From: Octopus vulgaris
Lineage: Eukaryota
Reading direction: 5' to 3'
Assembly: GCA_951406725.2 (NCBI GenBank)
Contig: OX597815.1
Span: 62,806,001-62,870,000 of the forward strand
DNA: 64,000 bases
In this document: piece after piece, positions 17,029 through 29,350 of the stretch
Layout: every line of letters starts with the position of its first letter
How positions within the stretch are numbered: the stretch's first letter is position 1
Program-made: the position numbers and the translations under genes
The notes under the pieces: generated by a model
Databases searched by the model: none
Told to the model about the DNA's origin: nothing
The model's input: the letters and a program-made list of their open reading frames with translations, nothing else

Positions 17029-17035
<7 letters not shown>
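16540..17035 (+). mobile_element. Dispersed ~500-bp repeat family P, copy 1
   Basis: Shares the structured motif and the GTCCTGTACYCATATATGC..GTAGGYAYGTACAT end with 25100-25690 and 60780-61335. Ends in (TA)n. Confidence 0.65.
16755..16855 (+). ncRNA. Permuted hammerhead-like motif, copy 1 (core decayed)
   Basis: GCA-TC-TTGTCCT..CGTTC-GAAA-TGC...GGAACAA-CTAATTA. Upstream GAACG pairs with CGTTC. Confidence 0.55.
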
Positions 17036-17084
<49 letters not shown>

Positions 17085-17088
17085 TATA

Positions 17089-17145
<57 letters not shown>

Positions 17146-17306
17146 CAATACGGAGCAAATAATTCACGAGAAAAAAATAATTCACTTGCGAAGATATCAT
17201 TGACTCTGTTATTATCTAGTGTAATAATTTTAAAATGGTAATGACAAAATCAATAATATAGGCGATTGCAGCCTCGTCCCAAAGCATTAAATAGTTGAAG
17301 GCTTAA

Positions 17307-17929
17307 AATTAATCAAAGGACTTAACACTCACAACTCTTATTTAAATCGACAAAATACACTGATAATAACTACAGAAATTAACCGTCCAAAGGCAAACGG
17401 GCTAAGACAATCTCCTAACGTACATTGAACTATTTGGACTAACGTGAACCGGTTTCTGCGCTGGCATAATAGCCTCATCTTCCTCAGCACGCTTTACCAT
17501 AATAGAAACCTCCGACCCGTCGTGTTGAAGTCTGCGCTGCAACAGATTCGTTTTGTGCCGAAATTGCAATACGGAGCAAATAATTCATTATATTTTCTCT
17601 TATTTTTCTCCGTATTGAAATTATTTTCAAACTGATGGTTGCCATGATTTCGGCGCAAAACGAATCAGTTGCAGCACAGACTTGTACACGACGGGTTGGG
17701 AGTGTCTATCATGGTAACGCGTGCTGAGGAAGATGAGGCTATTTTGTCAGTCTAGAAACAAGTCTACGTGAGTCCAAATACTTGAATGTATGCTGAGAGA
17801 TTGTCTTAGTCTGTTTTTCTTTGGGAGGTTGATTTCTGTAGTTATCATCGCTGTATTTTGGCGATTTAAATAAGAGTTTTGACTGTTATTTCCAGCAGGT
17901 AGACATACTTAGTATGTCCTTTGATTAAT

Positions 17930-17930
<1 letters not shown>
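17307..17930. repeat. Long imperfect inverted repeat (foldback / MITE-like)
   Basis: 17307-17565 is the diverged reverse complement of 17647-17930, with an ~80-bp spacer. Confidence 0.85.
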
Positions 17931-17949
<19 letters not shown>

Positions 17950-17963
<14 letters not shown>

Positions 17964-18180
17964 CGTCTTCGTATCTGTGTTTGTCCTACTATTACCACTT
18001 GACAACCGGCGCTGGTGTGTTTACGTCCCAGTAACTTAGCGATTCGGCAAAAGAGACCGATAGAATAACTATTAGGCTTAAAAAATAAGTCCTGGGGTCG
18101 GTTTGTTCGATTAAAACCTTTGAATATGATACTCCAGCACGGCCGCAGTCACGTAACTAAAGTAACAGATTAAAAGAAAA
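17950..18180 (+). mobile_element. SINE family A, 3' half
   Basis: GCTGGTGTGTTTACGTCCC...GGCAAAAGAGACCGATAGAATAA...CCTGGGGTCG...CTCCAGCACGGCCGCAGTC. Confidence 0.8.
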
Positions 18181-19348
18181 GAACAAATGTATGTATCTAG
18201 CTTGGTATGTTAATAATTTCTGTCAACAAGCAAAGAACTCCAATTTTATTCCTCCTTTTAATTAATCTTCTGCATTTTGACACAAGTTTGTAGTGTAATG
18301 TCATGCGAGACAGAATGCGGCATACTACTGAACTAACACGTCACAGAATTAAATTCCATGATCTGTATTGAATAATTCAAGCTGTAATGATTCCTTAAAA
18401 CGTGACGCAAATATGAAGGCCAAGATGACGAGACTATTTGTTTAGTTACCAGAAACAGACTTGCCGCCATAACTCAGCTTTGGCTTTATGGAAACCTACA
18501 TGGTAGGTTTAATAGAAGGGTCACTAAGAGAAGCACCATTCGAATGTTAAGTTTTGCTGAATATTCCCATCGATTCCAGCTGTCGATGGAGGATACGACT
18601 AATCAAATTTTAGTTTCAATTGCAGATTCCATAATATGAGATTAAGAGTCACTTTTGCAGTTTCATACATTCATTCCTCAAGCATGGCTTTGCGTAACTA
18701 CATTGCCAAAAATAAGTTCACTGAACGAAATGAACTGTCTTAAGGGTATCAATGTGAAGTCCACGGTTGGATACCGTTTTATCAGTTGGAATGTAGAAAC
18801 AATTCGAGGGTTGTTAAAGCCAGACTTTGTAACATCCAATTGTATACAAGTGTAAATAGAAGCATGGACGCATGTAGGCATTCCTTGTATGTGTTGTGTG
18901 CATATGTATATATGTTTGTACTTATGCATGTATGTGTGTGCGTATGTATGTATATGCGTATGTATGCATCTTTGTGTGTATGTATGTGTGCGAGTAAGTA
19001 TATATGTATATGTATGTATATATACATACACACATATACACACATACATGCATACCAACACACACACACACAAACACACACACACATGTATACATATCAA
19101 GTATGAGAGCAGGAGAGGGAGAGGGGGGGGATTTACATCATTTACTTCCCTTTGATCGTAATCTGTTACAATTTTTCTGAGGCACGCTAGATTTAGCATG
19201 TTAACAACGTGAGATCCATTCAACCAATGCAAAGGGAGTGTCTCTCGCCAACGCGTACTTCCATTTCTTATTGTTTTGTTCCACCATGGCTGCCGTCTAG
19301 CGGAATGCCTATTTTAGAGGGTCGACAACGACACCTGATATCTTTCCT

Positions 19349-19562
19349 CGGCGAACTGGCACAAACGTTAGCACGCCAGGCGAAATTCTTAACGGTATTT
19401 CGTTTGTCTTTACGATCTGAGTTCAAATTCCGCCGAGGTCGACTATGCCTTTCATCCTTTCGGGGTCGATAAATTAAGTACCAGTTGCGTACTGGGATCG
19501 ATCTAATCGACTGGCCCCCTGGCCAAAAATTTCGGGTCTTCTGCCTAGAGTAGAAAAGAATA
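19349..19562 (+). mobile_element. SINE family B (Meta-domain-like)
   Basis: B-box GAGTTCAAATTCC followed by GCCTTTCATCCTTTCGGGGTCGATAAATTAAGTACCAG. Confidence 0.75.
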
Positions 19563-19873
19563 TATTTCTTAAACTCGAGGCCTTGTATTGAGTACACTTT
19601 CCATTAATTATTGATTACACACAGATGTGCGTGTGTATGTGTGTGTGTGTGTGTATATGTGTGTATCTGTGTGTGTGTGTGCATGTGGTAAAACAACTGA
19701 AGCATCAAGAATATTTGTCAGACGAGTGTTCAGCGGAACTCTGAGTAACAGCAAACAAAATGTCTAGTTTCAACTGAATAAATACATCCATCCTACAATA
19801 TGCACCGAGTACTCTTGTACTCTAGTAATACATCTTATGGTGTATATGTACGTATGTATATTCCATATGTATA

Positions 19874-19917
<44 letters not shown>

Positions 19918-19933
19918 TACATACACATACACT

Positions 19934-19984
<51 letters not shown>

Positions 19985-20474
19985 CTTGCCTCCGGTTCTG
20001 TTACGGATCGCTAACGAAACCGGATCCTCCTTTTCCGCTCTTATGCGCAAAAAGAGGGAGGGGAAAAATGAAAAATATTTTATATCACGGAAAAGAATGA
20101 CAATAACAGCAGCAAAAAAATTAAGAAGAAAATAAAGTATAGAGAAAAATACGAAAAAAAGTATAATATAAAAGTAAGAAAAAAAGTATAAATACAAAAG
20201 AAAATAAAGACCAAACAGAAGACAGGCATAAAACTTAAAAACAAAAAAATCGAAAAGAAAACACCGAAAAAAAAAAACAAACAAAGAAACAAAAAAACAA
20301 ATAAAATTTCAAGAGTTGGTTAGCAATGGTGTTTATGTGATCAGTCAAGTGTGACTTACCACCTCTAGCTGGTAGAAATAGTGTATGATATATGGTATAT
20401 ACGGCAAGTTGAGCGGATGAAATGGAGGGTACGTGTGTATATTATACATGTATGTACACACACACACACACACA

Positions 20475-20542
<68 letters not shown>

Positions 20543-21167
20543 TATAGATATACACATACATTTATACGAATATATATGTATATATGTGTGTGTGTGTGTA
20601 TATATATACATATATATATATATATGTATATATATGTATATATATATACGTTAGCATGTATATATATACATGTATATATATATATTGTGTGTATGTATGT
20701 ACATATATGTTAATGTGTACATGTGTATATGTGCATACTTATATGCCTATAAATATATATATGTTCATATAAGTAATACGTGTGTGTGCGTGCGTGTATA
20801 TAAACATGTGCATGTAAATCTGTATATATGTGTGTGTATGTATGAGTATGTATGTATAGATGGATGGATGGATAGATATACATATGTACGTATGTGGGTC
20901 TGTATGCGTGTTTATGGGAAGCGTATATAAGTATAACGAAGTAGGAAAAAAGATATGAATGTAAAGGAGTGGGTGTGAAGGTGATTTTTGAGTGGAGGAT
21001 AGCTTAAAGGTCAGTGTAGGAAAGTGAAAGTAATGTGTAGGGGAAGGGGGATTTGTGTGGTGGTTGAATGGGAACGAAAGAGAGAAAAGCGGAGAAGAAG
21101 AGAATGGAGAAAATGGAAGGGTGGGAACAGAGACGGATTGAAAGACATAGAAGAAGAGATTGAGTGT

Positions 21168-21214
<47 letters not shown>

Positions 21215-21349
21215 AAACGTTTGGAAGAGGTCCGGGAAGAACGAATTACGAAAGTGGTATGAATGGAAGGAAATTGTAAAAGAGAATTAAAGAATGAGAA
21301 GAGATAGATAGTCAGTCAGATAGATAGATAGACAGATAGATAGATAGAC

Positions 21350-21423
<74 letters not shown>

Positions 21424-21719
21424 GTAGATAGATAGATAGATAGATAGAGTGGAAGGGAAAGTAAGGTAGAGAAGGAAGAGATATGGTAAAGAAAAGAACG
21501 ATAAAGAAGGAAAAATTGAATGAAAGCTGGGAAGGAAGAAGTAGAAGGATGACAAAGAGGAAGGAAAAAAGAGAAACATAGATGTATATATATGGCTGGA
21601 GGTATAAAGCCACCATATTGTGCATCTTTTTGCGTCTTTGCTATACTGCACTCAGAGTATGAATGCATATGTATGCGTACGTATGCATACACAGACATAA
21701 GCACGTACACAGACACATA

Positions 21720-21882
21720 GGTGCAGGCGTGGCTGTTTGGTAAGAAGTTTATTTCCTAACCAACGGGTTCCGAGTTCAGTGCCTCCACGTAGCAAGTGTC
21801 TCTTAGTCTTCTACCATAGCCTTGGGCTGAACAAAACTTTGTGAGTGAATTTGGCAAACAAAAGCTGAAAGAAGCCCGTCGT
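21720..21882 (+). mobile_element. SINE family A, 5' head
   Basis: GGTGCAGGCGTGGCTGTTTGGTAAG...CTGAAAGAAGCCCGTCG. Confidence 0.75.
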
Positions 21883-21894
21883 ATATATATACTC

Positions 21895-22205
21895 TTCCCG
21901 CTGGATTAAGTGTTCGTTTCTCTCTTTGTCTTCTGCAATTTTATTTTTGGATCTTCTTTATATATGAAAAATTTTCCTCCGTCTCGCTGTTTTTCTCTCT
22001 ACAAAACGGAAAGTTGCATTATGGAACAGTCATTTTAATGAGATTTTTTATTTATTTATCATCCGACGAGATACGTCAGCACCACCGGATTCTCATGAAC
22101 TAGCTTTTGTGTGTCCCACAAGAGGAGTCGATGCTAGATGTGTCGAAACAATTATTGTGATTAGTAATATATTCTCGTATATTCCATCTTCTGTCTTTCA
22201 TTTGT
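21895..22205 (+). mobile_element. Repeat family Q copy 1, with hammerhead-like motif (22058-22161)
   Basis: Homologous to 46070-46365. atcat-CCGACGA-GATACGTC...GATGTGTC-GAAAC-AATT-ATT-gtgat. Ends in (TA)n. Confidence 0.55.
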
Positions 22206-22289
<84 letters not shown>

Positions 22290-22337
22290 TGTATGTATGT
22301 ATGTATGTATGTATGTATGTATGTATGTATGTATCTA

Positions 22338-23622
22338 CGAGGGACGTTCAATAAGTAATGCCTCTGACCCACTTGCAGTTATTTGATCTAGCTGAAATTT
22401 TGCATGTGCAATTATTTATATCTCTATAGAGTAATTAGCAAATTACAGCTCTGAATTGTGGAATTGTGGTTTCTGATTTACAGGTGTTTGAACTGAGTCA
22501 AGTGTGAAATGGAGCCTGTTGAGTGTCGAGCAGTGATCCGGTTTTTGTATTTGAAAGGACGCACACCACGGGAGACTTTTGATGAAATGAAAGTAACTTA
22601 TGGTGATGATGCCCCATCATATGACCTTGTAAAACGCTGGCATCGTGAATTCAAACATGGTCGGAACTCTGTGGAAACAGCTCCCAGATCTGGTTGCCAT
22701 TGATGAGGCATCTGTCCGTCAAATTGAGGCTGCCATTTTCGAAGATCGACGCATAATTATTCGCCAAATAGCCCATGAGGTCAAGATTAGTACCGAGTCT
22801 GTGGAAACTATCCTTCATGACCATTTGCATATGCAAAAGGTGTCTGCCAGATGGATTCCCAGGTTGTTCACGCCTTTCCAGAAGCAAGAACGTTTCGAGT
22901 GCTCGAGGGTGAATTTGGAGATGTGCCAAGAAGATGAGTCAACATTTTTCAAAAGACTGATTACACAGGATGAAACCTGTGTCCATCACGATGATCCAGA
23001 GACCAAAGCCCAGTCAATGCAGTGGAAGCACCGTGACTCACCCCCTCCAAAGAAGGCAAAGGTGCAGCCCTCCGCTGGCAAGGTCATGCTCACAGTCTTC
23101 TGGGACCAGGACGGAGTAGTGATGACAGATTTCCTGGCAAAGGGTACCACAATTGCAGGAGCCTATTATGCTTCACCTTTGAGGAAATTAAGAGAAGTTA
23201 TCAAAATCAAGAGGCGGGGCAAGATCAGCAAAGGCATCCTCCTCCTGCAGGACAACGCTCCGGTCCACAACTCGATGGTCGCCAGATCAGAAGCACAGGC
23301 GTGCGCCTATGAACTCCTCCCCCATGCCCCTACTCTCTTGACCTTGCACCCTCGGATTTTCACCTCTTCCCAGCCATGAAGTTGTTTTTGAAAGGAAAGC
23401 GTTTCCCAGATGATGCAGCCTTGATTTCTGAAGTCACGTTGAGGTTGGAGGACCAAGCTGGGTTCTTCTACAAAAACGGTCTCCAGAGCTGCATCAAACG
23501 ATGGTAGAAATGCGTAACTCTGGGTGGTTTCTATGTAGAAAAAGACTAATAACTGTGCCAAGTTTCGTTGCTCTACTGCTATGGGAAGTGGGTCAGGGGC
23601 ATTACTTATTGAACGCCCCTCG
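22338..23622 (+). mobile_element. Full-length mariner transposon (irritans/Himar-like)
   Basis: TA|CGAGGGACGTTCAATAAGTAATGCCTCTGACCCACTT ... AAGTGGGTCAGGGGCATTACTTATTGAACGCCCCTCG|TA. 1285 bp. Confidence 0.95.
22509..23549 (+). pseudogene. Mariner DD34D transposase, disrupted
   Basis: HTH N-terminus, WIPRL, ITQDET, SAGKVMLTVFWD, QDNAP, YSLDLAPSDFHLF. Frameshifts near 22700 and 23325, and a late premature stop. Confidence 0.93.
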
Positions 23623-25099
23623 TACATGACATAACATGTTAAGATAGGTAAACACTATCGCCCTGAGAAACCAAACAAGGAGAGCAGACATATTTACAAT
23701 TCCAACCAGGATTTCAGCCATAATAGAATCTAGACGGCTGCTAAAAGTAGGAGGGTCTGTAAAAGAGATTTTTGATAGAAGATTCTCGCAATTATAACAA
23801 ATTAATGGTCAACACTTATAACATATATTACTACAAATACTGCCAGGATAATCCTAGTAGTTGCAAAACATCTCTTTCGAATTAAATACAGATCAATAAG
23901 CTATGTACGGATATAGTGTTAAGAGAAGTTATACCTGCTTAGAAAATATTACTTCCTGTATCAAAATTCATAACCGAAATCGTACATACACACCGATTTA
24001 ACCGTAGCAATCACTGTAACAGCCGAAATCAAACCACCTTTCTGCTAAAGCTGTGGTATATAGAGCGACATTCATCCAATTCAACTGTAACTACATAAAC
24101 TATGCGACACTCACTGTTAACAATTTCAAAGGATGGTATAACCAACATCTGCACACCTTTATGTCCAAGAACAGGCAAAACTCTACTTCTTGATCCAATT
24201 CTATTTAGAAACTCAGAGACCAAGGACCTGACTGCCCAACTATATTTTGGAACATCACGTGTACTACGTCATCCTCTAATGAAATACGTAACTACAAACT
24301 CTGCCTTCAATCGAAAATTTCGACGTAATTTCCGATTTTGCAGTTGACAATTTCTCTAATAACAATTTCAACTAATCGAACTGGAAAATAACACAAGCTA
24401 GGCTACAACAAACGTGAATAATGATGAGTAGCCACCGCATCGTAACGAAAGCTAATCTCGGCTCAGTTACTGCTTTACAATTTAGAAGCATTATATGGTG
24501 ACAATGTCATCACGTGATCTGCCTCTACAGCTGGGAACCAATTTTATCAACTATCAATAAGGACCTGCCATTCAAGTTGTTTGCGCCGAAATTTTAGTTT
24601 ATGGTGAGCATCAGAATTATGCGACATGGGAGTTTTTCGTACTTATAAATCTCCGAGTAATCTCGAATTTAATGCTTTGATGATTTTCTTGACTTTTATA
24701 TTTGAACTTGATTCGGATGACGGATTCATTCTAGAATTAATCAAGCTTGTTCTGTTTTGGAAGGTTGTCATCGTTCAAGAATGTTCCTGTCGATGATTTC
24801 TTTCTTCTTACACTTTGCAAAATTCACACACTCACACAAACGCACCCACCCAACACACACATACACATACGCACGCACACACACACACACACACACATGT
24901 GTCTTTTGTTTCTTTTACTTGTTTCAGTTATTAGACTGCTGCCATGCTGGGGCAGCAGCCTGAAGGATAATAAGCCTGTAACTTATTTTATTGGTCCTTT
25001 TGCCGAACCAACAAGTTACGGGGACAGAAGCATATCAACATCGGCTGTCAAGTGGTGGTGAGGAACAAACATAGGAATAAACGAGCGCACACAGATATA

Positions 25100-25690
25100 T
25101 ATTTCCCGTCGTTCACCCGCGACGTCACTTCCGCTGCTGTCTCTCTCAAGGTAATGGACGACTTTTCTTCTTGCTCCGCTCGTCATCCATAAAAAATTCT
25201 GCGTTTGCAATACTTTTTTTCGTTCGGCGTCAACAGCCCTTCTTATCTTGTTTTTCCTTGTCCTGTCCTTTACTGTTTACAATTTGTACTGTCGTTACTG
25301 TCCTGTTTTTACCATTTTTTACCCCTCTGCGAAAAGATCTCAGAATTTTAATTGATTTGCTTTTTGCAGGAAGGAAAGTTTTCTTGTCGAAGATACGTCT
25401 CGCTTTTATCCTTCGAAACGTAGAGTAGATGAAACCTTTAGCGACTGAAGGAGGGTTTTTTTCTTTGTGTTAATTGTCCCGTACTCTATTTTTTTTGCTG
25501 TTTCTAAATCAATGTCCAGTTCCTTTGGTTTGTGTCTATGTTTTCGTTTCTCATTGTGTTCGACGTCCTTTTGGTGTCCTGTACTCATATATGCGTGTAT
25601 ATGTACATGTAGAGGTAGGTACGTACATATATGTTTATATATATGCATATGTTTTATTTTATTTATTAATATATTATATATATATATTTA
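25100..25690 (+). mobile_element. Repeat family P, copy 2
   Basis: Homology to 16540-17035 and 60780-61335. Confidence 0.65.
25365..25469 (+). ncRNA. Permuted hammerhead-like motif, copy 2
   Basis: TACG-TC-TCGCT..TCCTTC-GAAA-CGTA...AGCGA-CTGAAGG. GUC triplet at 25397-25399. Confidence 0.65.
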
Positions 25691-25699
25691 TATATATAT

Positions 25700-25996
25700 T
25701 CTTTTATTCTTCTAATTGTTTCAGTCATTTGACTGCGGCGAAGCTGGAGCACCGCGTTTAGTCGAGCAAATCGACCCCCGAGCTTATTCTTTGTAAGCCT
25801 AGTACTTATTCTATCAGTCTCTTTTGCCGAATCTCTACATTACGGGGAAGTAAACACACCTCCATCGATTGCAAAATGATGTTGGGGAGACAAACACAGA
25901 CACACAAACATATACCACACACACACACATACATATATATATATACATACATACATACGAGCATATATATATGTATATATGTATATATATATAAAC

Positions 25997-26050
<54 letters not shown>

Positions 26051-26230
26051 GTATATGTATATATATATATATACATACGACAGGCTTCTTCCAGTTTCCG
26101 CCTACCAAATCCACTCATAAGGCTCGAGGCTATAGTAGAAGACACTTGCCCAGGGTGCCACGCAGTGGAACTGAACCTGGAACCATATGATTGGTAAGCA
26201 AGCTACTTACCACACAGCCACTCCTGCGCC
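25700..26230 (-). mobile_element. Full-length SINE family A with internal (TA)n
   Basis: tRNA-like head, internal microsatellite, and 3' GCGGTGCTCCAGC..CAGTCAAATGACTGAAAC tail. Confidence 0.85.
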
Positions 26231-26231
26231 T

Positions 26232-26292
<61 letters not shown>

Positions 26293-26305
26293 TTTTCCCT
26301 TTCTC

Positions 26306-26340
26306 TTTTCTGATGAAGTGCTTTGCTCGAAATGTCAAAC
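26306..26340 (+). ncRNA. Minimal hammerhead in short PLE terminal fragment
   Basis: ttt-CTGATGA-A-GTGC-TTT-GCTC-GAAA-TG-TC-aaa. The downstream flank resembles the PLE 3' end. Confidence 0.6.
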
Positions 26341-26447
26341 TCCTCCTTTTCACCGAACGTCGAGATAATGCATTCCTTCTGCATATCCTCTTATTATTCG
26401 CTAATTTTATTTATTTATTTGAATCATTTGTTTGAATTGACTATATA

Positions 26448-27170
26448 CGAGGGGCGTTCAATAAGTAATGCCCCTGACCCACTTCCCATAGCAGTAGAGT
26501 AACGAAACTTGGCACAGTTATTAGTCTTTTTCTACATAGAAACCACCCAGAGTTACGCATTTCTCCCATCGTTTGATGCAGCTCTGGAGACCGTTTTTGT
26601 AGAAGAACCCAGCTTGGTCCTCCAACCTCAACGTGACTTCAGAAATCAAGGCTGCATCATCTGGGAAACGCTTTCCTTTCAAAAACAACTTCATGGCTGG
26701 GAAGAGGTGAAAATCCGAGGGTGCAAGGTCAAGAGAGTAGGGGCATGGGGGAGGAGTTCATAGGCGCACGCCTGTGCTTCTGATCTGGCGACCATCGAGT
26801 TGTGGACCGGAGCGTTGTCCTGCAGGAGGAGGATGCCTTTGCTGATCTTGCCCCGCCTCTTGATTTTGATAACTTCTCTTAATTTCCTCAAAGGTGAAGC
26901 ATAATAGGCTCCTGCAATTGTGGTACCCTTTGCCAGGAAATCTGTCATCACTACTCCGTCCTGGTCCCAGAAGACTGTGAGCATGACCTTGCCAGCGGAG
27001 GGCTGCACCTTTGCCTTCTTTGGAGGGGGTGAGTCACGGTGCTTCCACTGCATTGACTGGGCTTTGGTCTCTGGATCATCGTGATGGACCCAGGTTTCAT
27101 CCTGTGTAATCAGTCTTTTGAAAAATGTTGACTCATCTTCTTGGCACATCTCCAAATTCACCCTCGAGCA
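26448..27170 (-). mobile_element. 5'-truncated mariner copy, inverted relative to 22338-23622
   Basis: Near-identical reverse complement of 22900-23622, including the right TIR and TA. Confidence 0.95.
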
Positions 27171-28069
27171 GGACTTCGGCTAGAAATAGCTACATCCCTT
27201 AAATCATAGTCGTAAAAGTCGTAAAAACAGAAGGACATTTTGTTGTTCTAGATATTGATGGCCAAGATACAAATTGGTCATGGTTGGAAGGTCTTTGATA
27301 ATAGGTCTGCTCAATCAGAGTTGATATTAGGTTAAATAACAATAACAGCTTGAAATATACGACTTCTGTAGTTAGTGAATTACGGAAACCTGAAGTTCCA
27401 ACACAGAAGAGATTGTCGTCGTCAATAAAGGATCCTTTAAATGGTCATTAGGGATTCAGAGGAAATAGTAGCTAAAACGTCCCTCATGCTGCATTGCATC
27501 ATCTTAAATGCGGAAACGACACTTATCTTCATCCTAGGTATAGTTCAGTTCCCGTGGCATTGCCAAGATATGAACGGTTGACTCTTCCTCTAAAGACCGA
27601 GAATTCTTCAGATCATCGGCTGTGGGAGTAAAGAATATTCGTGCTATGAGTTATTTCTGCGGCATTTTGTTTCTCTCGTCGCTGTTGTTGTTGCTATCAT
27701 TGTTTTCGGTACTGATGTTGTTGTTGTCGTTGCTGCAGTTTTCGTTATTGCCGTCCGTTGATCCTAGATCAGTCTTAGTCGAACAGGTTCATGATCCAAG
27801 TTCTAGCCGTATCATCTCTCAGGTTTTCCGATATGCTCCCAAAATCCCATTGTCCCGAAATCCCATTGTACTTAAGACGGTTGACTGCGATTTGTTGGAG
27901 ACTTAGCAGCTATTTCTAGTATAACGGGAGATTACCTCGAGGCTTTCTTGTTTGCTGTTGTGCTGTGAGTAATCATGTTACAAACCCGTCTCAACCATTT
28001 CCATTCTTCAACGCTAATGTCACTGCCGTCGCAGTCGCAGACATCAACGTTACCCATGCAACCATCAGA

Positions 28070-28923
28070 CCACTACCACCACCATTACCACCATAACCAG
28101 CACAAGATCATCACCATCACCGCCACCACTTGCACCAGCCCCGCCATCATCATTACGACCACTTCTATTGCTATTATCACGCCACCCTCACCATCACCAC
28201 CAACCACTACCACCACCATAACACAACCACCACCACCAACATCACCACCACAACCATCGTCACCACCAGCGCAATAGCATCACCATTACTGCCAACATTG
28301 GCACTATCACCACCACCACCACCATCATTGTCATCAAGGCTACTACGACCGATACCTGTACTCTCCTGTTACCACTTAAACTCCTACTACAGCCACCACC
28401 ACCACCACCACCACCACCACCGCCATCGTCATCATCATCATCATTATCATCATCACTACCACCACTTCCGTCATTACAACATCACAACCAACTCCAACTA
28501 CGCATTATTACGAACAGCTCTCACCACCTCCTACCACCTCCCACCACCTCATCACCGCCTCTCACAACCGTCTCCACCTCTAACCACAACACCCGCCATC
28601 ACCACCGCCCCTCCCCCACCGCCATGGCTGCTACCGCCCCAGCCAGCCTCTCATTATTATGATAATTAGCAATTAATAGAACTAGATGCCTTAATTGAAG
28701 AAATTAAGTCAGCACCAAGCGAGTCAGTAATTCGGTTAGTTTTGCCTAACACTCCTACTTTGAATTAATACCTGGCATGGCGCCACAATTCACAGACATT
28801 CTAAACTTTACCTCCTACCCTTCCTTTCCTCCTGCTCCCCTTCTTCCCCTTCTGCTCTTCCGTTCTTTTGCCGAACCACCAACACCACCGTTACCGTAGC
28901 CACCGTAACAACTTCTAAACCGT

Positions 28924-28984
<61 letters not shown>

Positions 28985-29107
28985 GCTACTGCTGCTGCTG
29001 CTGCTGCTGCTAGTGCTGCTGCTACTGCTGCTGCTACTACTACTGCTGATGCTGATACTGCTGATGCTGGTGTTGCTATTATCCACAACCACCACAAGCA
29101 AAATCTA

Positions 29108-29158
<51 letters not shown>

Positions 29159-29288
29159 CACTGTTGCTGCTGCTGCTGCCACAACTAGATATATCGCAAA
29201 TGCTACTGATTTTTATTTTACCACCACTATCGACGCAACCGCTACAATTAGTAAACTTCGCCGTCTTTTTTACGACTACTACTAGCAT

Positions 29289-29349
<61 letters not shown>

Positions 29350-29350
29350 G
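28070..29350. repeat. Cryptic and perfect trinucleotide repeats (CAC/CAT/ACT/GCT)
   Basis: Directly visible. Similar blocks occur at 45480-45830, 55060-57230 and 58320-58640. Confidence 0.9.

Noticed and set aside
23630-24350. Possible decayed coding region (also 13690-14160 and 3100-3900)
   Set aside because: No recognisable motif or consistent splice signals; left unassigned.
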